Below are positions 39,744-53,329 of a stretch of 64,000 nt of DNA, piece by piece. Location of the stretch: NCBI RefSeq assembly GCF_036321535.1, contig NC_087437.1, positions 106,084,001 through 106,148,000 of the forward strand. The letters are read 5' to 3'. Position numbers and translations under genes: made by a program. The stretch comes from Camelus dromedarius (Eukaryota). The notes beneath the pieces were generated by a model that did not search any database, was not told the DNA's origin, and worked only from the letters and a program-made list of their open reading frames with translations. The stretch's first letter is position 1; the number at the start of each line of letters is the position of its first letter.

Positions 39744-42223
39744 CATATCTTTTACCTATTTACTTTGTTGATTGTCTTCTGCTAGAATGTAAACATCATG
39801 AGGTCAGGGATTTTTCTGTCTCAGTCACTAGTCACTAGGTCACTTTTAGAGCCTAAAATATGTCTGGCACGTTGTATGCATTCAAAAAAATCTTTTATTG
39901 GATTAATTCATGGATATATACTTATCTGAGGGTACCCAGCAAAACACTGTATTTTCTTTTCAGTTTAAATAACCTAATACACAGAATATTTCTTGTAATT
40001 TTCAGTGGATTCTGGTTCACCTAAAATGTCAATGGTCTTTGTCAGAACAGTCATATAAAAAAAGAATTTAAAATACAGTAAAATTTCAAAGAAAGATGGG
40101 AAGGTTTTGAATCATTCAGGATGAAGGAGTTAAATACCCAACCAAAAGAGGAAGGGGCAGATAAAAATATATATCTTGTGAGAAGAAAATAAGTCAAACA
40201 TAGAGTGTAATTGATAAGAAGTTTTAGAGTATGTCTTCAGGATCAAATATTTTTAAAGAGAAGTTCATTAGAACCATCCATAAATGTGTGTGCATAATTA
40301 TATTTCTAGACTGCTTTTTCTGAAAGCTTTCTGATTTATAGGCTATAAGGTTTTTATTAAAAGACAAAAGGCCATTGAATTAGATCATTTAAAAATTTGA
40401 AATTTGTTGCTTCCAATTGAAGATGGTTGACTAAGCATACACATTTCCTTTTCTTCCCACCATAAATCCCCCTGAAATGACACAATATAAAAATTTGAAT
40501 AAATATAACAATTCAGGAAAAAACGGTGAGGATTTTTTGAAGATATAAAGAGATAAAACAGATGCTGAATGTCATCTAAAACAAGATATAAACAAATAAA
40601 GTGTTCACTCAAAAAGAGTCTTTTTCAAAAGAAATCCCGGGGGGGAAAATCAAAAAAAAAAAAAAAAAAACCTAAAAGCATAGGCAGCCAAAGCTGAGCC
40701 ATCTATTAAGCTATGAGTTGGCTGGTGAGGAGATTAAAGCTCTAGAGAGCTCCAAGTTCAAGGCACAGTTGAGTGTAATTAATTTCCTCTATCTGCCAAG
40801 GTCCTGTTACAGCACAGTAAACCCACAGCTGAGAGAATAAGAGGGGGACCATTAGTAAATAAGGGATCCAGTAAGTTTCTGGAAGACACAAAGCATGAAT
40901 AGTTCTTGGTGATGCACAATAGAGGGAGGTGCAGCCTAAAACACACATACAGAGCTGTACCAATGGAAGGCACCTTCCCGGTCTACCAGTAACACTCAGA
41001 AATACCGTCTTTGGTAAGCCAGATGGTGGAAGTGAGCGTGGGTCCTAAAAACAAGAGGCTGCTGAGAAACAGTCAGTCCCCTCCTGAGAGCCAATTGTTT
41101 ACCCCTAAGGAAGAAAAAAATGGGGAATTCTTCTCTTTAAATATGGAGTGAACTCTTTGGGGAAAACTGAAGTAACTGGGGGTCAGCACCAGAGACCCCA
41201 CCCTACCTCCAAGTTCCCTAAAGGAAAACTTGCCAGTTAACAGGTCCCACCCCTGTTCACAGACCTCAGAGTCAGCTTTTCTATCTTCTCACTTTGAAAT
41301 ATGAATGGAAAATGAAAGATCACCAGACATTTGTGGGGAAAAAGGTAATATAAAATTACCTACTACAAAATTACCTCAAGGAAACACATAAAACCAAAAA
41401 AAAAAAAAAAAAAAAGCAGAAAATAACTTAGAAAAGGCATTAGAGAAATTAAGCTAATAAAAATCTAGATTTTTGTGTAACCTAAAACTTAATCAATACT
41501 GAGGCTCTTTTTAAAAATACAAAATTAAAAATATAAAACTTGTGTAAAAATAAATATTTATGTAAGAAAAATAAGTCACAGTTCAAATTACAAAATCTTA
41601 TGGATTCTAATCCCTCTCTTTTGAGATTTAGCCAGAAAAGCTTTCCCAGAACTGCTTCCTGATTGTAACCTAGATTTACCTGCTCACTTAGAACACTCTA
41701 CAACAACCAGCAACTTTCAGAACACAAGCATGGGGTCATTGCAAACATGTAAGAATGAGTAACTTAATCTATCATTCCCTCTTAGGAAGTTATTAGAGAA
41801 TGGAATAACAGGAAAGGAAAGGACATCCAGGGAACGATGTCTCTAACCTAGAAGAATAGTGAGAAAAGTGTCAAGATGACAACAGTGCAGTAAGTCAGGG
41901 ACATCTCTTCCATACTGGGTTGGGAAGACAGAGGAGAGGTCTCTAGGAAACAGAACTTGACAGAATAGAGAGCATGATGAAGAGACTGGGGCAGGGAGGA
42001 AATAAGACTATGGCAAAGGCAATACTCTTCAAGGGAAAAATTATATTTTCTCTAATAATGTAAATTCTGACTACTGGGTTTCAATTTGTACCATGAATCT
42101 GTAAACAAACTTGGAAGATTTAACCATGGTTGCAAAATGGAAAGTAAATGTCATCAATCACTACAGTGTAAAAGGAAAAATACAGATCAAAGAAGTTGAA
42201 TGATTGGGGTGGGGGGAGGGGGA

Positions 42224-43003
42224 GGGGGAATCACGCTCCCTGACTTCACACTACACTACAAAGCTACAATAATCAAAACAGTATGGCTCTGACACAAAAA
42301 CAGGCACATAGATCAATGGAACAGGATAGAAAGTCTGAAAAGAAACCCATGCACTTATGATCAATTAATCTATGACAAAGGAGGCAAGAATATACAATGG
42401 AGGAAAGACAGTCTCTTCAATAAGTGGTTCTGGGAAAGCTGGACAGCTACATGTAAAAGAACAAAGAAATGGATAAATTCCTAGAAATAGTTAATCTTCC
42501 AAGACTGAAACAGAAAGAAATAGAAAATATGAACAGATCAATCACTAGTAATAAAATTGGATCAGTAATCAAAAGACTCCCAACAGAAGTCCAGGACCAG
42601 ATGGCTTCACAGGGGGATTCTACCAAACATTTAAAGAAGAGTTAATACCTATTATCTTAAACTATTCCAAAAAAAACCTGAAGATCAATGAACACTTTCA
42701 AACTCATTCCAAGAGGCCACTATTACCCTGACACCAAAATGAGACAAGGAAACTTCAAAGAAAGAAAACTATTGGCCAACATCCCTATGAATATAGATGC
42801 AAAAATTCTCGACAAAATATTAACAAGCCAAATTCAACAATAATGAAAAGGACCATACATCATGATCAAGTGGAATTGTTTCAGGGTTGCAAGGATGGGT
42901 CAATATGCAGAAAACAATCAATGTGACACACTATGTTAACAATACAAAAGATAAAAGTCACGTGGCCATCTCAATAGATGCTGAAAAAGCATTTGACAGA
43001 ATT
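42224..43003 (+). mobile_element. Internal L1 ORF2 fragments in permuted order
   Basis: 42224-42461 is the GGITLPDF...[17 protein letters not shown] region. 42463-43003 is the EMDKFL..NLPRL...SPGPDGFT...ISIDAEKAFD region, which lies upstream of the first in intact ORF2. Confidence 0.85.
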
Positions 43004-45424
43004 TTATATTAGTGTTAGCACACAATTTATTACTCCAAGAAGGGCAAAGTTATTTATAGACTAATCTATATGCACCTTTTCTGTATATGAGGTGGGATCT
43101 TTTGTTTCCTACAAATTGACCCAGTGAAGGTCGAAATTCTTGAATTCTTTTGTATCATTTCTTAGTACAATTTGTGAGTATGATTTCCAAGTTTGGTTGT
43201 AAAGACAGCATGTATATGCAAAAGTGATCATTAAATGGTTAGAGAAACGACAAAAATGGAACAAAGGACTTTAAGATTGAAGGCTGTCAAATTTCAATTA
43301 CTAAGAACAGTGGCCAAACTTTAAAAGTATACAGGCAGATTTTTCTGATCAGTTTTATGAATCTCATGATCATAATTTTTCTAATGGTCATAAGTTGGTG
43401 ATCTGCTTCTGGAAGTCATCCGTTTGTTCTGTCGATCTTGGGTTAGCAGTCAACTTACCTTCAGGAAGGCATTTGCTCATGAGCTGAAATATTTCTATAA
43501 ATCCAGAGACTAAGAATCTTAATACAGATCATTCTTCTATGGTTTAAAGTGTGCCTGTCTTGGATGTCTCTTTCAGAAAATGCAATCATTAGCCTGTAGC
43601 TTATAGTAAAGACCTTCATGCAATGTGAAAGGAAAGTAGAAGCCACATCACTGAGAGTCTTGGGTTAACCAGTTACAGCAACTGAAGAATACAGAATGGA
43701 GAAGTGAAGTCCTCCACTGGGGTAATATATAACGTATGTAGGCCCATATTATTTCTTAACGATTCAGATGATAATAAAGCACAATTATGTATTTAAAAAA
43801 AGTTTTGTGGACTGAAAACACATTGACAAATCTTTGGGACTTTTCCATTTGACCACCTAAAGTATGAGCCACAAAAGTCACTTGTAAGCAAGTATATTTT
43901 AACTTAGAAATGAAATTTTCTGCTAACTGTTGAATCATTGTGACAGTTCTTGTACGTAAGTTGGAGTACATTTCTAAAAAAGAGTACTCATCCTAAATGT
44001 ACCCATCCTAAAAAATTTTTGTATGTCACTGAATCATATTTATGTGTACACTTTATATGTAACTTTTTTAATTCACAGACTTTCAGTGTTTGTCTCTAAA
44101 CTGTAGTCTAATTTTTATAATATTGTATATTAATATACAATATAAAATTTATAATAATTTATAATAATATAATATTGAGCTAATTTAAAAATATGGAGCA
44201 TACCAAATAAGTTTCAATATTTACACCATCTTCCTTTCATAAGGGGAGAAATTAAACCTTTTGTGCTCCCTAGAAACTACCCAGGAAATATCAAGAAGGA
44301 ATTGGGTGTCAAAGACATCTGACAGTTGATTTTTCTGAATGTAACACCTTCTCTTAGGAAGGCAATATCAAAAACTATGGTTAGAGAAGGTTGATTCCAC
44401 TAACAAAAGATAAATATAACCATTTCATTAGCAAAAGTGATGGTGCAGTATCTCAAAATAAACAGAGCAGACAATAAATTATAATCATTAAAAATTTTAG
44501 TACTTTCTGACATAAGGAGTCCTTGCTGTTTAACTTTAAACAAGCCAGGAGCGTGATCAGAGGCAGCATAAAAGCACAAAGTTGACAGGTACTCAGGAAT
44601 CAAAAGGATTCGTAAGGTGAGGCAGAATGGAAATTCTGCTCTCTGAGCAGAATACACAGAAGGCAAAGGATAATTATTTCTCTACGTGGAGAGAAAACTA
44701 TGTAAGATCATTTTTCTTTTCTGTTATAATTAAGCTGCTTTGGTTTATCATCAACGTAGCATTGTGCCGAACTGTGTGTCCATTCTCAGCACAGCACTGT
44801 GTCTGTGTGCCTAACCGTAACTCTAACCCTAATCCAGACTGGATGGTATAACCCTATAATAATAGGGTTATAGATAATATATTATATATGATATCTACAC
44901 ACACTTAATATATCATAATATATTAAAGAGAGAGAAGGGTACAATGTTAAAAAAAACAACTCTTAAAGTAATAAACTTTTGCTTTAAAATACATAACTAT
45001 GAAAACAACAGACATACAGTTGGGAAGGAGGGGGCCTCTGGGGGGCACCTCCATGGCTAGAGTGCACCCTGAGTCCTCAGAGGGACCTGGTGAGGGCAGA
45101 GGTCCTGCTGTCACAGACTGCCATCACAAAGGTGACATCACCACAGCACAGTGTGACATCCCAGAGATAAGTGGCTGCAGGAGGCAGTTCCTCTCCCGAT
45201 GGGCACTCCACTGAGGGTTTATTTCAGGGTGCAGTCCAAATTTTTTGTGTGACATCGCCTTCTAAGGACATTATATCAGTGTGTTGATGTGTGGTGTGGG
45301 GAACATGAAAACCCTTCTCAGACAGAATCTGTAACCCTCCATGTGAACCCAAACACAAGGGGTTCTGCCATTACCAACTCGGGGACTTGTGTTTGAATTG
45401 GGAGGGGAGAGGAATATCACCTCC

Positions 45425-45738
45425 TGTGATGATTAATTTTGGGGTCAACTTGGCTAGGCCACAGTACCCAGATATTTGCTCCAAGATTATTGTAGATGAA
45501 ATGGGAATTCTGCCAGCAGGCTGCCTTCAGACTTGAACTGCAACACTAACTCTGCCCTGAGCCTCCAGCCTGCTGGCCTTCCCTGCAGATTTTGGATTTG
45601 CCAGCCTCTGCAGTCACATGACCCAGTTCCTTAAAATAAATATATTTCTCATACTTATACACACACACATATACACATGCATACATACATACAGATATCC
45701 TATTGGTTCCTTTTCTCTAAAGAACCCTAACTAATACA
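45425..45738 (+). mobile_element. MLT2-family LTR (internally deleted)
   Basis: TGTGATGATTAATTTTGGGGTCAACTTGGCTAGGCC ... TCCTATTGGTTCCTTTTCTCTAAAGAACCCTAACTAATACA. Confidence 0.85.
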
Positions 45739-47732
45739 CTGTTTAAATCTGCATTAAGAGAATGCTGACATTGGATCTATTATCTTGCCAATATCTAAGG
45801 GATGATACTTAAGACACTGAATGCTTTGGACACCGAATTTCAAGGAAATGGTCACTTCCTGAAAACTAGTTTATCAGAAGGGGAAGACAGTTTACATCTC
45901 TGAGCATCGAGGTATCCTGTGGGGCTTTGGATATAGTCCTATGGTGTAAAATGTGCTGCTTCTTAGGGTGGAGGATCAGTGCTGCAAACAGCAATGACCT
46001 GGTTTGAGGAACTGACTGTCTGGCACCGTGAGTATTTGCTCACTGTGCTTTTCAGTAGAAGGTATTTGTGGCACAATGAGATCCTGATTTCTATCAAGCT
46101 GTGTTCCCCAGCTTTCTCCCATTACTCATCCTCAATCGCCTTTTGGTCACCGTTCCTCACAAAGAAATCAAATTATTTGTAAAAATACACTAAATTGTTT
46201 ACATTATCTTTTGCAAGAAGTTATGTGGGTTTCTTGCTCAGCTTAATCACCAGGGGCAGCTCCATTTTACTGGAAATGGTGGATTTCATTCCCCTAAAGG
46301 ATCAAGGTGAGTAAAAGTGTCCATCCCACAGTTTTGTTTGCTTATCTTTACAGAAAACTTCCTCCTACTGTTCAGAGAACATAAAGTCAGAAGGGGCCCA
46401 ATGATTGTGTAAATCCTTAAGATAGAGTCAGGCTCAGTGAATTCCGGGAATAAAAATAAGGCGATGTGGCTGAAATAGAGTCAGAATGGGAAATGCACAG
46501 GAGATGAGGTCAAGGATAAGTGAGACCCAGATGCTGTAGGACTTTGCAGACCAAGTTGAAAGTTTGGAATTTCTTCTGAGTGCAATGGCAGGCTATCGCA
46601 GAGTTTTGAGTAAGGAGGTGACATCTGAGTTAGGAAGAAGAGTCTACAGAATGGTTTGGAAGTTAGAGTCCATAGAATTTTTAATGAATTGAATATGGAG
46701 GGTAAGAGAAAGCAAGAAATCAGGAATGCTTGAGGAACAAAGTGGGTGGTGGCAGCAGCGACTGAGATGGTCAAGTTAGGGAGGAATAAATTTGACCACA
46801 TAAATCAAAACCGCTAAACTTTTGAATGTGAAAATTAATTTCTGTTATTCTTCAAGTAAGGACATTCATGAATCAATACGATTTTATCAATACACATATA
46901 CAAAAATACATTAAATACTTTTGTATATTCTAAAGGCTTTATTAACATCTGTAGACTCTCAACTGGTTGCCTCAAAGCTGTACCCCTCTTTAGGTTACCT
47001 TCAAATGTATACATTTGCCAGCCTTCTGTTGGCCTCCTGTCTCCTAGCAAAGTTAATTTAATTCAGGACTTAACTACTCTGTGCTTAACGCTAAGTACTA
47101 TGCTAAGTACTATGAGGGATAGTAATTTAGTAACTAAAACATGAATTCAATTCTCAAAGATGTTATATTTTCACTGGTAAGACAGAAACACTAGTAATGC
47201 CACAAAATTATGAAATCAAATGAAATTGTATGAAATACCAAGGCTAATAATGGAGAAATCTGGCCATCAATGTCATACAACTTGGGACAAAAAGTTTAGA
47301 CTCTGAAACCCGGAGAAATCAGGGAAGATTTTGTTGAAAAATCAATACATGGACTCCAACAAAGAGCCGTGCCCACGAAGTTAGACAGAAATCTGCACGA
47401 CTGCAGCTCTGTTTGCTAATATCTAAGATACTGGTCACTTCTACAAAAGAAGGAATTTTAGCTACACAGTTCTTTGAGGCTTGGGCGAATATAATATGTT
47501 GGGAAGTAAGGTTTTCTGTTACATTTATCCATTAAACCATATGGAAGGATGTTGTTGCTATTTAAGATAATTGAGGCTGGAACATACTGAGCCCTGTGTT
47601 TCCTGTTAAGTATATTAAAGCGAAGTCACCTTTTGGGCATTTCTATACTATTTTTATAACTCGTTTGTCTCCTGCAATGATAATCTTGCTCCTCAAGACT
47701 AGCTCTGATTTCCACAATTTACTATCCTAGTT

Positions 47733-48203
47733 CTTTTAACTGAAATATAGTTGACTTACAATATGAAATTAGTTTCAGGTATACAACATAATAATTCAAT
47801 ATTTTTATAGGTTACACTTCATAAAAAGTTATAAAATATTGACAATAGTCCCTGTGTGTGTGTTACATTCTAATAACTTACATATTTTATACCTGATAGT
47901 CTGTACCTCTTAATCCTCTTCACCTATTTTGCCCCTCCCCCCACCCTTCTCTCCTCTAGTAATCACTGTATCTGTGAGTCTCTTTCTGTTTTGTTATATT
48001 TGTTTGCTTTTTTTTTTTTAAGATTCCACATATAATTAAAAACATACAGTACTTATCTTTCTTTTTCTGACTTATTTCATTGAGCATAATACCCTCCAGG
48101 TCCATCCATGTTGTTGCAAATGGCAAAATTTCATTCTTTTTTATGGCTGAGTAATATTTCATTGTGGATATATGCCACATCTTCTTTGTCCACTCATCTG
48201 TTA
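47733..48203 (-). mobile_element. L1 ORF2 end and 3'UTR
   Basis: ORF 47956-48210 (-) reads DEWTKKMWHISTMKYYSAIKKNEILPFATTWMDLEGIMLNEISQ, the L1 ORF2 C-terminus. Confidence 0.9.
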
Positions 48204-48385
48204 CTGTCACTATTCATGCTACTCCCTTGGATCCACTTTTTTCACATTTCTGAAGCCCAGCACTGGGGTCATGCTCAAATTGTACTCAGTAGAATGAACA
48301 TTAGAGTACTGTCCTTGAAACAGGCCCAGAAGAGGGTACAAAAGAGCCACAGGGAATATTTAAATAATTTAAAAATAAATTCTGG

Positions 48386-48583
48386 TAGAATAGATAAACA
48401 AGATTGTATTGTGTAGCACAGGGAAATATATGCAGGATCTTGTGGTGGCTCACGGTGAAAGAGAATGTGACAATGAATATATGTATGTTCACATATAACT
48501 GAAAAATTGTGCTCTACCCTGGAATTTGACACACCATTGTAAAATGACTATAACTCAATAAAAAAATGTAAAAAACTAAAAAT
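48386..48583 (+). mobile_element. Young L1 3'UTR fragment
   Basis: Matches 11360-11550. TSD AAAAATAAATTCTGG (48371-48385) / AAAAATAAATCTCTGG (48584-48599). Confidence 0.85.
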
Positions 48584-48677
48584 AAAAATAAATCTCTGGA
48601 AAGCAAAAACTGAGATTATTGTATTTATTTAAAAGAATATAAGGAGAAAACCAAACACCATGATCATAGTCAATGAG

Positions 48678-49075
48678 TGCTATGGACTGAATTGTATCCC
48701 CGCCTCCAAATTCGTATGTTGAAACCCTAGCTCCCAAAATCACTGTACTTGGAGATATGGCTTCGAGGAGGTAATCAAGGTTAAATGAGGTCACAAGGGT
48801 GAAACCCTAATTCAGTAGGATTAATGGGTTTATAAGAAGAGAAAGAGAAAGCGAGAGAGATCTCTCCCTGTGTGTGCTTTGAGGAAAGGCCACGAGAGGC
48901 CATGGCAAGAAGTCAGCCATCTGGAAACCAGGAAGAGAGTCCTCACCAGGAACCAAACTGGCTGGAAGCTTGATCTTGAACTTCCCAGCGTCCAGAACTG
49001 TGAGAACTCCGTGTCTGTTGTTTAGCACCCCCATCGCCCAGTCTGCGTCGTTTTGCTGTGGCGGCCCAAGCCGAG
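48678..49075 (+). mobile_element. MaLR LTR (MLT1A/B-like)
   Basis: TGCTATGGACTGAATTGTATCCC...TTGATCTTGAACTTCCCAGCGTCCAGAACTGTGAGAA. Confidence 0.85.
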
Positions 49076-50804
49076 CCAGCGAGCACGCAGAGCAGCACCG
49101 AGTGCGCAGGATGGTTCCAGGTGCCTGGTTTGTACACACCGGTCTTCAGGTAGAACCAGAATACAAGAACAGACTGTACTGGTGTTCAGAGACGTCTCCC
49201 TGGTCATTTCAGGGAAGAAGAGGGTGGGAGAAGGGGGGGAGGGAAAAAAGACAGTAGAGAGTGATTTACTGCGAATGACTCATCAACTCACCAACTGAAG
49301 CTGCGAACACTGGGCCAGGCCAGTAGAGATAAGAACACGGCTGAGGTCAGATACAGAGTGAAGTGACTGCCATGGGGGGTGGGCGGAGGAATTTTCTCTA
49401 CATCTGATGATGGCAGACAAGGAAGCTGAAAGGTCCCCTGCCAACACTGTTCACCAATCAAAATATTTTCAGGATCTCAGTTCAATCCCAAGGCTCTAAC
49501 TCTTCCTCCACTGAGTGAAATTTTCCAACAGACCACAAGCTGGCTTCCCAAAACATAAAAAAGAAGAAATGGACCAAGAGCAAAAAGTCTTCGTTACCAT
49601 AAAGTTTCAACATTAAGGTTATAAAATAAGTTATCTACAGAAGGAAGGCAGCGTATATACAGACAAAAGGATTCTCATGACACAACTGGTGCGAACAAAT
49701 GATCAGACAACCAGGACATAGCTAATCAGAGCCTGTAACTCACTGCAATAAACAGTACTCTCTTTTTTTTTTTTAAACAACTTTTTTTTTCAACTTTACT
49801 CTCTTATTTAGAGGTCTGACTTCATTCCACTGCGCTGTGGGAAGGGGTGAATGGGAAAGATGAAGTTGAAAGGTTAATCTCTCTAATTTGTAAACTTCAT
49901 CTCTTGGATGGAAAGAGATTAAAAAAGGGGCGGAGGCGGGGCACTCCTTTATCCTCTGAAGGCAGGCATCTCAACATTTAAGAGCATCACATGACACACT
50001 AAACTAGAAACCCACTTACAGAGGAAATGCAGGTGGGAAAACATAGATTTCATATTTGAACTTCCAAGACGTTATAAACAGTGAAAAGAATAAAAGTTAA
50101 ATTATGATAGGAAAAAATGCAACTTCTGATGCTTTGTGTATGAAAAACAAAAACAAACACCATTTATTAAGTCTGAGCATCTTGTGGAGGCAAGATTTTT
50201 GGCCTCGGGCATTAATTACGGTTGTGCCATTGATGAGGTCTAGAGGAAACCAGTTCAACCCATTTCATCCCCAGGGACTGAATGCATCCACAAGTTCATG
50301 GAGTAATGAATTATCTCCATTTTATTGTTCAACTGAAACCTCATGCTACATTAATTAAGCTGGGCAAAGTTGAAATGTTGGTCTGTTTCTTCACCCACCA
50401 TCTAACAAGTCTGATCCACGCTGAGAAATGGCTCTCTCACACATTCTTCCAAAAGACTGAGCTTCAAGATGAGTTTAGTACTAAGCCTCCAGGAATTATT
50501 TTTAATTTTGTCCATGATTAATTTTTAAGGAGAGGGGCTATAGGCTGGTTCCTAGTCATTTCCTGTGATTATTGTGGTTGCTGCAAACTTTCAAGCACTT
50601 ACGGTGTGTTTAGCAAAATTCCTTCATTGGTATGTAGTTGTGCCAGTTGCCACAATCTATTCATCATTGTCTGTAATGAGTAATACCAACAAGTACCTCC
50701 CTGATCTGGGAGGTCGCTGGTCTGAGCTGCTCAGCCTCTGGTGGACATGCAGCGTCAGGAGAAGGGACAAGGATGCCAAGCAGGGCAGCCTTGGACACAC
50801 ATCT

Positions 50805-51210
50805 GGATTAATGTGCAAGGGACGTTATAACAAAGCAACACAAACTAGGTGTTCTCGACAACTGAACTCTCTTGTCTGACACAGAGCTGGAGGTACTGAC
50901 AGGGTCGATTCCTTCTAAAGGTTGTGAGGGAAGGATCTGGTCCAGTCCTCTCCCTGGGTGTGTAGATGGCCATCTTCTCTCTGTCGCTTCACACCATCTT
51001 CCCTCTATGCGTGTCTGTTTCTCTACATGTGGCAATTTTTTTACAAGGACACCTGTCCTAGGGGGCTAGGAGCCCACCTTATGATTTCACCTTAACCAAC
51101 TATATCTGCAATTGCAATGACCTTATTTCCAAATAAGGTCATGTTCTAAGGTACTGGGGATAAGATTTCAACATATAAATTCGGAGGAGACACAACTCAA
51201 CCCATTAATA
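50805..51210 (-). mobile_element. MaLR LTR (MLT1B/C-like)
   Basis: ATAACAAAGCAACACAAACTAGGTG...TTATTTCCAAATAAGGTCA...ACAACTCAACCCAT. Confidence 0.8.
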
Positions 51211-51302
51211 ACATCCTCAAGACAACATTTGTGCCAGCAGGTGGCCCCTACTTTCTCAAGCCCTCACTGTGTTTTCATCATCTTATTTAATCATTATAGC
51301 CC

Positions 51303-51675
51303 TATCTTGATCTGCTGAGGGTGCCATAACAAAATGCCATAGACAGGTGGCTTAAATAACAGTAGTATGTTTTCTTAAGTTCCCAAGGCTGGAAAATCTA
51401 AGATCAAGTTCAAACAGGATTCAGTTTCCAGTGAGAACTCTCCCTGGCTTGTAGGTGGCCACCATCCTACTGTGTGCTCACATGAGCTTTTCTTTGCGTG
51501 AGTGGAGAAAGGGAGCTCTGGGGTCTTTTCCTCTTCTCATAAGCACCCCTCCCATCAGATTAGGATCCCACTCAAGACCTCATTTAACCTTTATCACCTC
51601 CTCACAGGCCCTATTTCCTAGTACGTTGGGGCATAGGGCTTCAACATGGGGGGGGGCAAAATTCACTCCATAGCA
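51303..51675 (-). mobile_element. MaLR LTR (MLT1A-like)
   Basis: GGTGCCATAACAAAATGCCATAGACAGGTGGCTTAAATAAC...AGGGCTTCAACAT...ATTCACTCCATAGCA. Confidence 0.8.
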
Positions 51676-51679
51676 ATCC

Positions 51680-51790
51680 CTAATGGAAGACATTATTATC
51701 CTTATTTTATAGATGAGAAAACTGAGGCACAGAGAGGTTAACCCTCAGGTACCATAGCTAGAACCAGTATAAAATGCCAGTCTGTTAGAC
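51680..51790 (-). mobile_element. MIR SINE relic
   Basis: ATTATTATCCTTATTTTATAGATGAGAAAACTGAGGCACAGAGAGGTTAA. Confidence 0.75.
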
Positions 51791-53275
51791 CCCCCCAAAA
51801 CCATTTCTCCGTCCACCATCACTGCGTAAGCCAAACTAAGACCTAACATGAGAAAAGGGATCTTTGGACAGGCTTTGCAGGTGTCTACAAGCAACAGAGT
51901 ATGACCAGCCTGGTGGGGCTCAAGATGCCTTTCCCCGCCGAACACTTAACCGCTCTTCTCCAGCCCCGGGACCCAAGGTGGATCTAGCAAACATGGGGAC
52001 AGGACTGTGGAGACATATACCCAAGGCGGAGCTGGGTTGGAGTCTTTCCTTGACTTCTTACGATGACCTACGAAAAAAGTGCTTAATCTCTCTGTGCCTC
52101 AGTGTCTCTCCCTCCTGTGAGGACTGAAGGAATGAATATATGAAAGGAGTTTCAGAAGAGGGTCTGGCACATAGCAAATGCTTTATAGTGTTACTTGTTA
52201 TTATGGTCACCCTTTTTTTGAATTACAAGGAAGAGGGAAAATATAAGCATTAAGAACAGAGGGGTTTAAAATGCCGCCAAATTCCTTAACCAACCGAGGC
52301 CATCTGTAAATTAAGGATTACGTGATTTCCAGCTCTGCTATGCATCCAGGCATTCTAGAAACTAATGTTCCAACATCAGCTTAATATAAACTATTCTAAA
52401 ATGTCTCCTGCTCCCACTTGGGATGGAGATCCAAGCACAGGAGACTTGTGCTGGAATCCAGCAGTAGCCCTGTCTCATCCACAAAAAAGGCATGAGTCAC
52501 GTGGTGATGAGGCTAAGTCCATTCCTGACTTTCCCCTCCTCCTTTCCGCCTCCTCCTTCCCCCTCATCTTTCTTTCTTCTTAATCCTTAAAGTCTAAAAG
52601 TTTGTTGAAGGGAGGCTCAAAAATTAATTGCTCAGCTGGGCTTGCAGTATACACGTCCCATGGTTTAGATTTACTCTATTCATTTCCATCCAATGTGCCA
52701 AATGACCTGCTCCAGGAAAATAAACCCCTCTTGATAGGATAAGGGAGAGTTGAGAGGGACGATGAAACCAAAATTAAAACTGATGTCTTCTGTGCTCCAG
52801 GAAGATGTCCTTAGAGTGGGAAAATATGTCCCTGAGGCCAAAATAGAGAAGACTGGGGCCCTGCATCCTAGCATCCCCAAGGGGTAATATGAGTAACAGG
52901 CAAAGCACTAGCGTACTCAAACCCCAGGTGTACAGCCCAAACCAAGCGCTGACTCCCGAAGGTCCTGGGGGGAGGGGGGGTCACATGGCAGAGTCACGTG
53001 ACCTTTTCTTCTCCTCTTAGGGACCCACTTGCCTCCAGCTGATACCCTTTGGGAAAAGGTCTCCCCTTTGCTTCTCTTCGGCTCCCCCTTCTTTCTCATC
53101 TGCCGGGACAGTGTATAGACACCCCCGCCACCTATTTATAAAAAGTAGCAACTTCCCCTCCAGCCAGCGGACTGAACGCTCATTTGAATGCGTTTCCTTT
53201 TCATTTAGAACAAAGGATGGAGTCCAAGCCTCGCAGCGCGGGGGCCGGAAAAGTACACGACGTGTATCGAGAGCG

Positions 53276-53312
53276 CACACACACACACACACACACATAC
53301 ACACACACACAC
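53276..53312 (+). repeat. (CA)n microsatellite ~220 bp upstream of the MIR155HG TSS
   Basis: Direct reading; one TA interruption. Confidence 0.95.
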
Positions 53313-53329
53313 TGACCCACGAGAAAGGG

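Noticed and set aside
40405..42200. Possible 5' region of an ancient L1, and a similar antisense relic at about 29700-32300
   Set aside because: Too diverged to define boundaries or family by eye; needs RepeatMasker.
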